Numbered from the stretch's first letter, positions 35,143 through 45,756 are shown. The stretch: 64,000 nucleotides of DNA from an uncultured Planctomycetia bacterium (GCA_964373715.1 CAYJVR010000001.1:21164-85163); one strand, 5' to 3'. Numbers and translations: made by a program. The notes: generated from the sequence alone by a model not told the origin.

Positions 35143-36522
35143 ATGACAAAGACGGTCAAGGCTTACGCCCTTTTTATTCCTGAGATTAAGCAGCTTCTAC
35201 AGGCGGACGATAAAGCCACCCTCAAGAGTTTTTTAAAAGAAATCAATCCTGTCGATTTGGCGGAGGGGTGGAAGGAATTGTCGCATGAGGAGCAGCTTGC
35301 TCTCTTTGAACTTCTGTCTACCCGCCGGGCGGTCGTCTTGTTCGAAGAGCTGGATGTGCCCGAACAGTCGGCTCTGCTACAGGCGATGGGAGAGCAGGCG
35401 ACGGGGGAGATGCTCTCCGAACTGCCCCCCGGAGAAGTCGCGCACCTTTTCAGAAAGCTGCCGAGACGGGTAACTCGTCGTTTAAGCAACCTCGTGAAAA
35501 AGCAGGAAGCGGTGGAGAAGTTCGAGCGGGTATTCTCTTATCCGCCGAACACCGCCGGATCGTTGATGCATACCGAGGTGATGCGCCTGAAGGAGGGGAT
35601 GACTGCTTCCCAGGCGCTGGATCTCATCCGGGCGGTGACCCGGACCCATATCCACGAAGAGAAGATACTCTCGGTTTTGTACGTCACCAACGGAAACGGC
35701 AGGCTGGTCGGTTTTGTCCCGCTTCAAACCCTCGTGGCGGCGCCCCACGACAGCAAAGTCGGAGAGCTGATGTCTTCCGTGCGGGCCGTCGCGATTCAAG
35801 CTTCGTCGGACCAGGAGGAGGCGGCGCGGATCGTTTCCAAATACAACCTGCTTTCGGCCCCGGTGGTGGATGATGAGGGGCGGCTGATCGGCGCCCTTTT
35901 GGTGGATGATGTGCTGGACATCCTTAGCCAAGAGGCCAGCGAAGACATCGCGAAAATGGTCGGCACCCGGCTTGAAGAGTTCGGCCCAAAGTCGATTTTT
36001 CATGTTGTTTGCCTGCGTTTGCCGTGGCTCGTGGCTTCTATCATCGGCGGTTTTTTTGTCTCTTTTGTCGTGAAGCATTATGAAGGGACCCTGCGCGAGT
36101 TGATTGCGCTGGCCTCTTTCATGCCGTTGATCGCGGCGATGGGAGGGAATGTCGGCGCTCAGTCGGCGACGATCATTGTTCGAAGTTTAGCGACGGGCCG
36201 CCTGAAGATAAGCGATTGGCGGAAAGCGATGGCGCACGAATGCGCGGTCGGGTTACTGCTGGGATTGAGTTACGGCGTGTTGGTGGGAGTGTTTGCTTAC
36301 GCTTTGTACGGAAGGGAGCTTGGGGCGTATTTTGCATTGGTCGTTTCTCTGGGGATGTTGACGTCGATGGTTGTTGCCGCGACGATAGGAGGGATCGAGC
36401 CGTTTATTTTCGAGAGACTCGGGATAGATCCTGCGACGGCCACGGGGCCCTTGATTACCACCACGACGGACTTGATCGCAACTTCGGCCTATTTGGCTCT
36501 GGCGACGGCCATTCTTTTATGA
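35143..36522 (+). CDS. mgtE: Magnesium transporter MgtE
   Basis: MgtE-N domain, CBS pair, and a C-terminal 5-TM MgtE domain. Confidence 0.85.
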   Translation: MTKTVKAYALFIPEIKQLLQADDKATLKSFLKEINPVDLAEGWKELSHEEQLALFELLSTRRAVVLFEELDVPEQSALLQAMGEQATGEMLSELPPGEVAHLFRKLPRRVTRRLSNLVKKQEAVEKFERVFSYPPNTAGSLMHTEVMRLKEGMTASQALDLIRAVTRTHIHEEKILSVLYVTNGNGRLVGFVPLQTLVAAPHDSKVGELMSSVRAVAIQASSDQEEAARIVSKYNLLSAPVVDDEGRLIGALLVDDVLDILSQEASEDIAKMVGTRLEEFGPKSIFHVVCLRLPWLVASIIGGFFVSFVVKHYEGTLRELIALASFMPLIAAMGGNVGAQSATIIVRSLATGRLKISDWRKAMAHECAVGLLLGLSYGVLVGVFAYALYGRELGAYFALVVSLGMLTSMVVAATIGGIEPFIFERLGIDPATATGPLITTTTDLIATSAYLALATAILL

Positions 36523-36556
36523 GGGCACCCTTCTCTATGATCAAGGAGATTTTGCA

Positions 36557-36853
36557 ATGAAAAGGACAGCGTTAAGGGCTGTTTTTTTGAGTTCCGCATT
36601 GGTTCTTATTTGTGTTGGTTTTTTGTATGCCGCTGAATACCGGTCTTCCTACAGGGAGAAAAAGTCGGATTATGACGGGGGAGGTTCTGAGCAGTCGTTT
36701 GATCCGTCTCAGTTCCGGAAAGGGAACCCTGAGTGGGATACCCAGGAGCAGATCGCCAGCGGTTTTAAGACGCTCCACGAGGAGAATATGAAAATCTTGA
36801 AGGAGTTGAAGGAGTTAAAAGCAGCTGTCGAAAGACGGGAAGGGAGCAATTAA
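36557..36853 (+). CDS. Hypothetical small secreted protein
   Basis: 98 aa. Signal peptide (MKRTALRAVFLSSALVLICVGFLYA), AAGGAG RBS, helical C-terminus. No recognisable domain. Confidence 0.4.
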   Translation: MKRTALRAVFLSSALVLICVGFLYAAEYRSSYREKKSDYDGGGSEQSFDPSQFRKGNPEWDTQEQIASGFKTLHEENMKILKELKELKAAVERREGSN

Positions 36854-36863
36854 GGCTACTAGA

Positions 36864-38369
36864 ATGAAAGATCTCTTTATTAACATTGAGCCGATGGAGA
36901 CCCGTGTTGCTGTTTTGCAAGAGGGGTCTTTTGAAGAATTTTATGTGGAGAGGTCTTCACCGACCCCTCTATTGGGAAATGTCTACAAAGGAAAAGTCAG
37001 CTCCGTGGTGCCGGGCATCCGGGCCGCTTTTGTGGACCTTGGGATCGGCAAGAACGGTTTCTTGTACCTGACGGACATCATGGGTCCAACGCCGGATGTG
37101 GAGGATGCGGTCTCTCTGGAGTCGGCTCCTGAAAAGACCGAATCTTTGGCCGGCGCCCATATGCCGCGCATCCAGGATCTTGTTCGGATCGGCCAGGAAA
37201 TTCTTGTCCAGGTGATCAAGGAGCCGATGGGGACCAAAGGGCCCCGGTTGACCACCCACCTCACGCTGCCCGGCCGGTTCCTGGTTTTGATGCCTTTAGA
37301 CGCCACCTTTGGGATCTCGAAGAGGATTGATGATCCCAAGGAGCGGGACAGGCTTCGGGCGACTATGAAGGAGATGCATGTTCCTAAAGACATCGGTGTA
37401 ATTGTCCGGACGGCGGCGGACGGCGCGAACAAGAAGCAATTAGGAAGAGATTTTCGATTCCTGCTCTCTTTATGGAAGAGAATCAAAGTGCGGTCGGTCC
37501 GGGCTACGGCCCCTGCGTTGATCCATGAAGAGTACAATCTCCCTCTGCGGATTGTGCGCGACAACCTGACGGAAGACGTCAACAAGATCATTCTCGATTC
37601 CAGGAGCGAGTACCAGCAGCTGCAGCGTTTTCTCATGCAGACCGAGCCCCAATTCCGCTCGAAAGTGGAGCTCTACCAGGAGGATATCCCCCTCTTTGAG
37701 AAGAAAGGCCTCGAGAAAGAGATCGAGAAGATCTATAACCGCAAGGTGGAATTGCCCAGCGGCGGTTATGTCGTTATCGAGCAGACCGAGGGGCTTGTCT
37801 CCATCGACGTCAACAGCGGCAAGTTTACGGGAAGGAAAAACCTCGAAGAAACCGCTTTCGTCACCAATATGGAAGCGGCTAAAGAGATTACCAGGCAGTT
37901 GCGGCTCAGGGACTTAGGGGGGATCATAATTTTTGACTTCATCGACATGAACTCCCAGTCGCACAAGCAGAAAGTTTTTAATACCCTCCAGAACGCTTTA
38001 AGGAAAGACAGGGCGAAGACGAACATAAGCTTCCTCTCGGAGTTCGGCCTTGTCGAGATGACCCGCCAGCGGGTGCGCAGGTCGCTTGAATCGGTTTCCT
38101 TTCAGGAGTGTCCCACCTGCCAGGGGCGCGGGATGATCCGATCCTCTCTGACGGTTTCAATCAACGCTCTTCGTCAGATCAAGAGGGCTTTCCAGACGTC
38201 AAAGAAGCGTGTTGTCGAAGTGATGGTCCATCCGGATCTCGCCTCCCGCCTCTTCAACGAGGACAGAGATTCGATCGCCGCGATTGAAAATCAGCACCAC
38301 GGCCGCGTGCTGGTGAAGCCGGATCCTTCCATCCATTTGGAGATGGTCAAAGTTCAACCGCTTGATTAA
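36864..38369 (+). CDS. rng: Ribonuclease G (RNase E/G family)
   Basis: 501 aa. S1 domain (GNVYKGKVSSVVPGIRAAFVDLGIGKNGFLY) and an RNase E/G catalytic core. Size is typical of Rng/CafA. Confidence 0.85.
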   Translation: MKDLFINIEPMETRVAVLQEGSFEEFYVERSSPTPLLGNVYKGKVSSVVPGIRAAFVDLGIGKNGFLYLTDIMGPTPDVEDAVSLESAPEKTESLAGAHMPRIQDLVRIGQEILVQVIKEPMGTKGPRLTTHLTLPGRFLVLMPLDATFGISKRIDDPKERDRLRATMKEMHVPKDIGVIVRTAADGANKKQLGRDFRFLLSLWKRIKVRSVRATAPALIHEEYNLPLRIVRDNLTEDVNKIILDSRSEYQQLQRFLMQTEPQFRSKVELYQEDIPLFEKKGLEKEIEKIYNRKVELPSGGYVVIEQTEGLVSIDVNSGKFTGRKNLEETAFVTNMEAAKEITRQLRLRDLGGIIIFDFIDMNSQSHKQKVFNTLQNALRKDRAKTNISFLSEFGLVEMTRQRVRRSLESVSFQECPTCQGRGMIRSSLTVSINALRQIKRAFQTSKKRVVEVMVHPDLASRLFNEDRDSIAAIENQHHGRVLVKPDPSIHLEMVKVQPLD

Positions 38370-38376
38370 CTATGGA

Positions 38377-39408
38377 ATGAGTGGATTCCGCCGTCTGACC
38401 GCCGCCGGGTTGCTGTGTGTTTCGTTGTGCGCTTACCCGGCGGCGGTTTCTTTCTGTGAGGACTCAGGGGATTTTGCCGCTGCGGTCGTCGCCTACAACG
38501 ACCGCCGGCTCGATGATGCGCTTGTCCGCGCCAAAAAAGCTGTTCGGGAGAACCCCCGGCACGTGGACGCGCTTGCCCTTCTCGGAGAGCTCTATTACCT
38601 GAAGCAAGATCTTTCTCAAGCGAAGGAGACGTGGGAAAAGGCGTTGAGGCTGGCCCCTTCGCGGCAGGATGTCCGGCAGCGCTTAGGCCAGCTTCAAAGA
38701 GAGGCCCCGGTCGAGAAGAATATGGCCCGAAGCGACACCTATCCGTTTGTTGTCCGGTTCGCGGAGGGGCAAATGCCTGTTGATCTGGGAGAACTGCGCC
38801 TGCTCTTGCGGGACACATACCGGCTTGTGGGGCAGCAATTTCAATATTTTCCAGACCACACGGTCACGGTGATCCTGTATCCTCAGGAGGGTTTTAATCA
38901 AGTCAAGCAGCTGATCCATCAGGCGGTTGGCCTTTACGATGGGAAGATCCGGTTGCCTATTCCGCACAATCTTGCCGGGTCAAGGATACCCGCCTCGCAA
39001 GAGCTTAAACGGATTCTCTGGCATGAATACACCCATGCGCTTGTCCACGACCTGTCAAAGGGACAGTGCCCCATATGGCTTAATGAGGGGTTAGCCAGCC
39101 TTCAGGAGAGCCGCGTTTACGATATCCATCTGGATGATTTCCGCGAGGCCTTGAACTCGGGGGTTTTATTCCGGTGGGAACAGTTTTGGAACCAGCCTTA
39201 TGATCCCAAGCAATTGGCCCTTCAGTATCAGCAGGCTTATATGATGGCGGGGTATCTTGTCAAACGTTGGGGGTGGAGCACGATGGTGGTCTTACTGAAG
39301 AGGCTGGGCGAGGGGTACCCGATTGAAGATGCGATAAAAGCTGAGTATAAAACGGAGTCGGCTGCTTTAGAAAAAGAATGGCTCCTTTGGCTGAAGCGCA
39401 ACATGTGA
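38377..39408 (+). CDS. TPR-repeat protein with a C-terminal gluzincin-type metallopeptidase motif (Peptidase_MA-like)
   Basis: Signal peptide, TPR region, and a HEYTH motif followed about 19 aa later by NEG (HExxH...E). Confidence 0.55.
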   Translation: MSGFRRLTAAGLLCVSLCAYPAAVSFCEDSGDFAAAVVAYNDRRLDDALVRAKKAVRENPRHVDALALLGELYYLKQDLSQAKETWEKALRLAPSRQDVRQRLGQLQREAPVEKNMARSDTYPFVVRFAEGQMPVDLGELRLLLRDTYRLVGQQFQYFPDHTVTVILYPQEGFNQVKQLIHQAVGLYDGKIRLPIPHNLAGSRIPASQELKRILWHEYTHALVHDLSKGQCPIWLNEGLASLQESRVYDIHLDDFREALNSGVLFRWEQFWNQPYDPKQLALQYQQAYMMAGYLVKRWGWSTMVVLLKRLGEGYPIEDAIKAEYKTESAALEKEWLLWLKRNM

Positions 39409-39535
39409 GACGACAAGCGGAAGATTCTCCCGCGCCGGGGTATACTTGAACAGGGGAAGTGTGAGTTTCTGGCGGATATCTTAAAATAGCTACTCCCGAG
39501 CGGGAGGTTCTTTGAGGAGAACGTGGGGGTGTACG

Positions 39536-39979
39536 ATGCGTGTCCATTTATTCAATCGTCACGCTCGTGGTTTTACGCTGGTTGAAGTCATGATTGTCGT
39601 CGGGATCATCGCGCTGCTCGCCTCGATCGCTTTTCCGGCATTTTTAAGAGCGAGGATCAGCGCCAACGAGATGGTCTCCATTTCCACCTGCAGAACCCTG
39701 TCGACCAGTCTGGAGGGTTTTCGCTCTGCCCAGTCTCCTCCAAGCTACCCTGTGGGTTTGGAGGAGCTTTCCGACTCCTTGCCGGCTTACATTGATTCAA
39801 GTCTTACCAGCGGCAGCCGTCAGGGGTACACGTTCGAATACGAACAGCTCAGCGAGAACCAGTTTCAGATTGTGGCAACCCCGGAGATTCCAAATCTAAC
39901 GGGTGTGCGGGAGTTTTATGTGGACGAAACGGGCGTGATCCGGGTAGGTACGGACAATTCAGGCCCCCCTATTGAATAG
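39536..39979 (+). CDS. Second type IV pilin (paralog of the cluster pilin)
   Basis: Leader MRVHLFNRHARG followed by FTLVEVMIVVGIIALLASIAFPAFL. Downstream blocks shared with the 25577 pilin: FRSAQSPPSYP and FYVDETGVIRVG...PIE. Confidence 0.8.
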   Translation: MRVHLFNRHARGFTLVEVMIVVGIIALLASIAFPAFLRARISANEMVSISTCRTLSTSLEGFRSAQSPPSYPVGLEELSDSLPAYIDSSLTSGSRQGYTFEYEQLSENQFQIVATPEIPNLTGVREFYVDETGVIRVGTDNSGPPIE

Positions 39980-40025
39980 GAAATACTTGCCTCCCCCCTG
40001 AATCCGTGGTAACTTACTTCTCGCT

Positions 40026-40349
40026 ATGTATGCCATCATTGCTACCGGAGGAAAACAGTATAAAGTGAATCCAGGGATGCTCCTGGATGTCGAGCGGTTG
40101 AAGGGGGAGATCGGCTCCCAGGTCCGTTTAGAAGAGGTTCTTGCTGTCCGGACCGAGGAGAATCTTCAGGTTGGGCGCCCCACTCTTAAGGGGGCGGCTA
40201 TTCTGGCTGAGATTGTCGCTCAGCCAAGAGGCCCGAAAGTAGTTAATTTTACCTACAAACGCCGAAAAGGGTACCATAGAAAAGTGGGCCATAGACAGGA
40301 GCTTACCCGGTTGAAAGTTTTGGAGATCGTCACTAATGGCACACACTAA
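40026..40349 (+). CDS. rplU: 50S ribosomal protein L21
   Basis: [14 protein letters not shown]... canonical L21. Confidence 0.9.
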   Translation: MYAIIATGGKQYKVNPGMLLDVERLKGEIGSQVRLEEVLAVRTEENLQVGRPTLKGAAILAEIVAQPRGPKVVNFTYKRRKGYHRKVGHRQELTRLKVLEIVTNGTH

Positions 40350-40578
40350 AGGGCAGGGTTCCACAAGAAACGGTCGCGATTCCAACGCGCAGCACCTTGG
40401 GATCAAAGCCTACGGCGGAGAGTTTGTCACTGCCGGTTCCATTCTTATCCGGCAGCGGGGAACCCGCTTCAAGCCGGGCCTGAACGTGGCTAAGGGCCGG
40501 GACGACACCCTCTTTGCCCTTCGCGACGGGAAAGTCGCTTTCCCCAAACCCCGGGTAATCGCTGTTCTTGCCGCATGA
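40336..40578 (+). CDS. rpmA: 50S ribosomal protein L27
   Basis: [24 protein letters not shown] canonical L27. Confidence 0.9.
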   Translation: MAHTKGQGSTRNGRDSNAQHLGIKAYGGEFVTAGSILIRQRGTRFKPGLNVAKGRDDTLFALRDGKVAFPKPRVIAVLAA

Positions 40579-40627
40579 CCCTTCGAGGCCGCTCAGCTTT
40601 TTATGAGCGGACGGAGGAACCCAAATC

Positions 40628-41644
40628 ATGACCCGCTTTGTGGACCAGGCCATCATACGGGTGCAAGCCGGCCAGGGTGGCAAAGGGGTTCATTCCTACT
40701 ATAGAGATATGTGGACCCGGCATCCTCTGCCTGACGGTGGAAATGGCGGCAGAGGCGGGCATGTAATTGTCCGGGCCAACCCTCAGTTAACTACCCTCCT
40801 TGATTTCCAGACCCAGCGCCATTTCAGGGCCGGCGGAGGCGCGCACGGTTCCGGCAAAGGCAAGCACGGGGCAAGGGGCAAGGACGCCGTTATCCAGGTT
40901 CCTCTGGGCACGCTTGTCTATGACGCCGATACGGGGGAGCCGATACGCGAAATTCTCCAGCCGTCGGATGAAATCGTCGTGGCTCGCGGCGGCGCCGGCG
41001 GAATCGGCAACGGCTCCCGTTCCAGATCAAAAGACCTTCATGTCCGGCATTCGGAGGAGTTTCTTCATGGCGCGGCGGGAGAAAGGCGCAAACTCCGTTT
41101 CGAGCTGAAACTTGTGGCGGATGTCGGGATCATCGGGATGCCGAATGCCGGCAAGTCCACATTGATCGGCCAGATTTCCGGCGCGAAGCCGAAGGTCGCC
41201 GCTTTCCCCTTTACAACCCTCAGCCCTGTCCTCGGGGCTGTGGCCCTTCCATCAGGTCCTCAAATCGTGGCGGTGGATGTCCCCGGTCTCATTGAAGGGG
41301 CCCATGAGGGCAAAGGGCTCGGCGTCGATTTTCTCAGGCACATCGAGCGGACGCGTTTGCTTGTCCATATGATTGATATGGCTGGCACTGACGGAAGGAA
41401 TCCGGCGGCCGATTATAAAACACTCAACGCGGAGCTGAAATCATACAGCCCCGAAATTCCGCGCAAGCCGGTCATCGTTGTCGCCAACAAGATGGATTCT
41501 CCCGAGGCTAAGAAGAATCTCGCGCTCTTCAAGAGGCGGATAAAGGCGGTTGTGCTGCCGATTTCCGCCAGAACGGGTGAGGGGGTGCCGGCGTTGCTGA
41601 AACAGATATCGTCAAAACTTAAACGGCTGAACGGACATGAGTGA
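40628..41644 (+). CDS. obg: GTPase Obg/CgtA
   Basis: Obg fold N-terminus (FVDQAIIRVQAGQGGKG) and a GTPase domain with G1-G4 motifs. Confidence 0.9.
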   Translation: MTRFVDQAIIRVQAGQGGKGVHSYYRDMWTRHPLPDGGNGGRGGHVIVRANPQLTTLLDFQTQRHFRAGGGAHGSGKGKHGARGKDAVIQVPLGTLVYDADTGEPIREILQPSDEIVVARGGAGGIGNGSRSRSKDLHVRHSEEFLHGAAGERRKLRFELKLVADVGIIGMPNAGKSTLIGQISGAKPKVAAFPFTTLSPVLGAVALPSGPQIVAVDVPGLIEGAHEGKGLGVDFLRHIERTRLLVHMIDMAGTDGRNPAADYKTLNAELKSYSPEIPRKPVIVVANKMDSPEAKKNLALFKRRIKAVVLPISARTGEGVPALLKQISSKLKRLNGHE

Positions 41645-42776
41645 TCTCTCCAATCCTATGAAGATGGTGCAGTCGGCCAGCCGGGTCGTAATTAAGGTAG
41701 GCACCCGGATACTAACGACCCAGAAGAACGAGCTGGACCAGCGCAGGATCGAAAAGCTTGCCGAAGATATTGTCCGCTTGAGGAAGGAGGGCAGGCAGGT
41801 GATCCTCGTTTCCTCGGGGGCGATCGGGGCCGGGCTGGGCCTTCTTGGCTGGGCGGCGCGCCCTAAGGGGTTGGCGAAGTCTCAGGCCGCCGCGGCGGTG
41901 GGACAGGGCCGGCTGATGCAGGTCTACGCCGAGAAGTTCGGCTGCTACGGCGTCCGGGTGGCCCAGATCCTTTTAACGCGGGATGATATGGCGCAAAGGA
42001 ACAGGTACCTGAACGCGCGCCAAACGATGAAGGTTCTTCTGCAGGAAGATGTCCTGCCGGTTGTTAACGAGAACGACACCGTTTCGGTCGATGAGATCCG
42101 TTTCGGCGACAACGACGAGCTTTCCGCTCAAGTGGCGCAGCTGATGGATGCTCAGCTTTTGGTGATCCTGACCGATGTGGACGGTTTTGAGCTCCGTCCT
42201 GCGACAGGTCCCCGAGAGCTGATTCCTTTGGTGGAGAAGATCACCCCTGAGTTGGAGCGCTCCGCCGGCGGAGCGGGCCAGCCGACCTCGACGGGAGGCA
42301 TGGTCAGCAAGATTAAAGCGGCTAAGACGGTAATGGCTTGCGGTATTCCGATGCTCCTCGCCAACGGAACAAAAGAAGGGATTTTAGAGACACTGCTTAT
42401 TGAGGGAAGGCTCAAAGGGACGCTCTTCCTGCCCTCCGGGAAGCGCCGGATCGAATCCAGGAAACGCTGGCTGGCTTTTACCGGAAGGCCCGCGGGCATG
42501 GTTCAGGTGGACGCCGGCGCGAGGGATGCGTTGCTTTCGAAAGGGAAATCTTTGCTCGCTTCCGGAATTCGAAGGATAGAGGGCAGCTTCAAAAAAGGGG
42601 ACCTTGTGAGCGTCCGGGATGAATCGGGGGAAGAGTTCGCCCGGGGTTTGGTCAACTATCCGAGCGGTGATTTGGCAAGGATACGCGGGATGCGCAGCGA
42701 CGAGATCAGCAGTTTGTTGGGACAGAAAGCCCAAGAGGCGATCCACAGAGATTTTATGGTTATCCTGAAGAATTGA
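41637..42776 (+). CDS. proB: Glutamate 5-kinase (with PUA domain)
   Basis: AAK-family kinase N-terminus (VIKVGTRILT...VSSGAIGAG) and a C-terminal PUA domain. Confidence 0.9.
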   Translation: MSDLSNPMKMVQSASRVVIKVGTRILTTQKNELDQRRIEKLAEDIVRLRKEGRQVILVSSGAIGAGLGLLGWAARPKGLAKSQAAAAVGQGRLMQVYAEKFGCYGVRVAQILLTRDDMAQRNRYLNARQTMKVLLQEDVLPVVNENDTVSVDEIRFGDNDELSAQVAQLMDAQLLVILTDVDGFELRPATGPRELIPLVEKITPELERSAGGAGQPTSTGGMVSKIKAAKTVMACGIPMLLANGTKEGILETLLIEGRLKGTLFLPSGKRRIESRKRWLAFTGRPAGMVQVDAGARDALLSKGKSLLASGIRRIEGSFKKGDLVSVRDESGEEFARGLVNYPSGDLARIRGMRSDEISSLLGQKAQEAIHRDFMVILKN

Positions 42777-44047
42777 GGATGATGAAACCGCTCAAGCAGT
42801 ACGTTCGTGACTTAGCGTGCAAGGCGAAACAGGCGGCGTTTATCTTGGGGACCGTTCCCGCCAAGATAAAAAATAGGGCCCTGATCGGGATGGCCGACAG
42901 TCTGGAATTCGAGCAGAGGGAGATTCTGAACGCGAACGCCAAGGATATGAAAGCCGCTGAAGCGGCAGGCGTTAAAGGGGCTTTCCTCGACAGGCTCCTG
43001 CTGAACCCGAAGCGGATCGCAGAGATGGCAGAGGGATTAAGAGAAGTGGCCTGTTTGGAAGACCCGGTCGGGGAGGTGCTCAAGGAGTGGGTTCGCCCCA
43101 ATGGTTTGAAGATCCGGAAAGTGCGCGTCCCGATCGGCGTGATCGGGATCATCTATGAATCGAGGCCTAACGTTACGGCTGATTGCGCCGGACTGTGCCT
43201 GAAAGCAGGCAACAGCGTTATCCTCAGGGGAGGGTCTGAGGCGATTTGTTCCAACACGGCGATCTTTCGCCGTCTTGAAAAAGCGGCGCTGGCCCGAAAG
43301 CTTCCCAAGGGAGCTCTGAGTTTTGTGGCGACGACCGACCGGCGGGCCGTGGAGCTGTTGCTCTCGCAGGTCGGGTTGGTGGATCTTGTTATCCCCCGCG
43401 GGGGGGAAGGGCTTATCCGGGAGGTTGTGGAAAAGGCGAGAGTCCCGGTGATTAAGCAGTACAAGGGTGTCTGCCATACTTTTGTGGATTCCGGTGCCGA
43501 TTTGAAAATGGCAAGGGAGATTTGCTATAACGCCAAAGTCCAGCGGCCCGGCGTCTGCAACGCGATGGAAACCCTGTTGGTGCACCGGAAGGCGGCGCCG
43601 AAATTTCTTCCCGCGATGGCCAGGAGGTATGTCGAGGCCGGTGTGCAGCTTCGCGGCGACGCCGAAACGCGCCGGATATTGAAAGGGTTTCCGGTCAGGC
43701 CGGCCACCGAGAAAGACTGGTCTACCGAATATTCGGCCCTTATCCTATCGATCAAGGTGGTTGGGTCACCGGGGGAGGCGATAGGCCATATCCAGCGCTA
43801 TGGGTCGGGCCATTCGGATGCGATCGTGACGAAGTCGAAAGAAAATATCGAGAGGTTTCTCAACGAGGTGGATTCCGCCTGTGTTTACGCCAATGCGTCG
43901 ACCCGTTTTACCGACGGCGGCCAGTTCGGCATGGGGGCGGAGATCGGCATTTCCACAGATAAGCTTCATGCCCGGGGGCCCATGGGTCTGGAAGAGTTGA
44001 CCACCTACAAGTACCAGGTGATGGGACGGGGACAGATACGCAAGTGA
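42773..44047 (+). CDS. proA: Gamma-glutamyl phosphate reductase
   Basis: ALDH-superfamily ProA. ATGA overlap with proB. Confidence 0.9.
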   Translation: MRMMKPLKQYVRDLACKAKQAAFILGTVPAKIKNRALIGMADSLEFEQREILNANAKDMKAAEAAGVKGAFLDRLLLNPKRIAEMAEGLREVACLEDPVGEVLKEWVRPNGLKIRKVRVPIGVIGIIYESRPNVTADCAGLCLKAGNSVILRGGSEAICSNTAIFRRLEKAALARKLPKGALSFVATTDRRAVELLLSQVGLVDLVIPRGGEGLIREVVEKARVPVIKQYKGVCHTFVDSGADLKMAREICYNAKVQRPGVCNAMETLLVHRKAAPKFLPAMARRYVEAGVQLRGDAETRRILKGFPVRPATEKDWSTEYSALILSIKVVGSPGEAIGHIQRYGSGHSDAIVTKSKENIERFLNEVDSACVYANASTRFTDGGQFGMGAEIGISTDKLHARGPMGLEELTTYKYQVMGRGQIRK

Positions 44048-44652
44048 TTCGCCGGCGAAAGAAAAGTTCCACACCCGGCCTTCGGATCGGGATTTTCGGC
44101 GGCACTTTTAATCCCGTTCATATAGGCCACACGCTCCTTGCGCAGGGGGCGTTGGATGAGATCCCGTTGGATCTTGTTCTGTGGGTCCCTTGCCGGATTC
44201 CCCCGCACAAGAAGTTGAAAGGTGATGTTTCAGGGGAAGACAGGTATAGGATGGTCCGGCTGGCCGCCGGGAGCCATCCCCGTTTCCGGGTTTCCCGGGT
44301 CGAGCTTCAAAGGTCCGGCCCTTCCTACACGATTGATACCGTGAAACTTCTTCAGGCGGAATTTCCAGGACGGGTTGCCCGGTGGTATTTTCTGGTCGGT
44401 GCCGATTCCGCCAGGCAGTTATCCGCATGGCGGCAGATTGGGGAATTAAGAAAGAGGATTACCTTTATCGCGGTTCCCCGTCCCGGACAAAAACTCTGGC
44501 GCCGCGTGAAGGGTGTAAGGACGATTCTCGTGAAGACGCTGGACATCTCCGCCTCCGACATCCGGAAGAGGGTGAAAGAGGGCCGTTCCATCCGGTACCT
44601 GGTGCCGGATACTGTCCGCGCCTACATAGCACGTAAGGGATTGTACCGATGA
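44044..44652 (+). CDS. nadD: Nicotinate-nucleotide adenylyltransferase
   Basis: GIFGGTFNPVHIGH nucleotidyltransferase motif. Confidence 0.85.
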   Translation: MIRRRKKSSTPGLRIGIFGGTFNPVHIGHTLLAQGALDEIPLDLVLWVPCRIPPHKKLKGDVSGEDRYRMVRLAAGSHPRFRVSRVELQRSGPSYTIDTVKLLQAEFPGRVARWYFLVGADSARQLSAWRQIGELRKRITFIAVPRPGQKLWRRVKGVRTILVKTLDISASDIRKRVKEGRSIRYLVPDTVRAYIARKGLYR

Positions 44653-45668
44653 GTTCCTTGGAAATAGCCCTGCTAATCCTTTTCATAGCTGCCTCCGCCT
44701 TCATGTCTTTGGCGGAGATATCCCTCGTCGGCATTTCCAAAATCCGGCTGCATCACATGGTCACGAGGGGAGTCCGCCGGGCAAAAATGGTCCAGGGACT
44801 GGTGTCCCGCCTGGACCATGTGATTACCACGATTCTGGTCTGGAGCAACTTCATCAATGCGGCGTTAACCAGCCTGTTGACCGCCGCTTGCATCTATTGG
44901 TTTAAGGGAGACAAGGGGGTGTTCATCGCGGCCCTTCTTTCCGGAAGCGTCATTCTTCTTTTTACGGACATCCTTCCCAAAGTGTATGCGGCCCGGTTTG
45001 CGGAGAGGGTCGCGCTCGGGGTGGCTCCGGCCATGTGGGTTTTCGTCCGGTTTTCCCGGCCTGTCAGCGAAACGATGAACAAACTGATCAATGCCATCCT
45101 GAAGTTTGTTGGTGTGCCGGTTTCCGACCGGTCTCCGCTGGTCACCGAGGAAGAGCTGAAGCTGATGATCGAGCTGGGCAGGAAGGAGGGGTTTCTCGGG
45201 GAGCATGAGAGGAAGCTCCTGCACCGGATCTTCGAATTCGGCGATTTAAAGGTGAAGGATGTGATGGTGCCCCGCGACCAGATGGTGACAGTCCAGGATT
45301 CGGCCGACCATGAAGAGGTTCTGCGGGTCCTTACCGAAGAGGGGCATTTGAGGGTCCCGGTTTACCGGGACTCGCCCGACCATATCGTGGGCATCATCTA
45401 CGCCCAGGAGCTTCTGCACATCTGGAGGGAGGGGTGGCTGATCGTGCTGCAAGACCTGATCCATCCCCCGTTTGAGGTTTCCGCCGATGCGCGCGTCGTG
45501 GACCTGTTGGAGGAATTCCAGAGGAATCGCATCCAGATTGCGATTGTTGTGGATCAAAACAAGAAGGCGGTCGGGTTGGTGACGCTGGAAGACCTTGTTG
45601 AGGAGATTGTGGGGGAGGTTCCGGAGAAGCATAAAGAGGGCTGGCTTGACAGACCAGAGGGGGCATGA
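44649..45668 (+). CDS. CNNM/HlyC-family membrane protein (DUF21 plus CBS pair)
   Basis: N-terminal DUF21 TM domain followed by tandem CBS domains. Confidence 0.75.
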   Translation: MSSLEIALLILFIAASAFMSLAEISLVGISKIRLHHMVTRGVRRAKMVQGLVSRLDHVITTILVWSNFINAALTSLLTAACIYWFKGDKGVFIAALLSGSVILLFTDILPKVYAARFAERVALGVAPAMWVFVRFSRPVSETMNKLINAILKFVGVPVSDRSPLVTEEELKLMIELGRKEGFLGEHERKLLHRIFEFGDLKVKDVMVPRDQMVTVQDSADHEEVLRVLTEEGHLRVPVYRDSPDHIVGIIYAQELLHIWREGWLIVLQDLIHPPFEVSADARVVDLLEEFQRNRIQIAIVVDQNKKAVGLVTLEDLVEEIVGEVPEKHKEGWLDRPEGA

Positions 45669-45756
45669 TAGATTCCGGTTCGGTGCTTATTGAGGCGGCA
45701 ATTCCTGTTTTCGTTTTGCTCCGTTGTCTTGTTCATGAAACTTTAAAGGGGGGATC

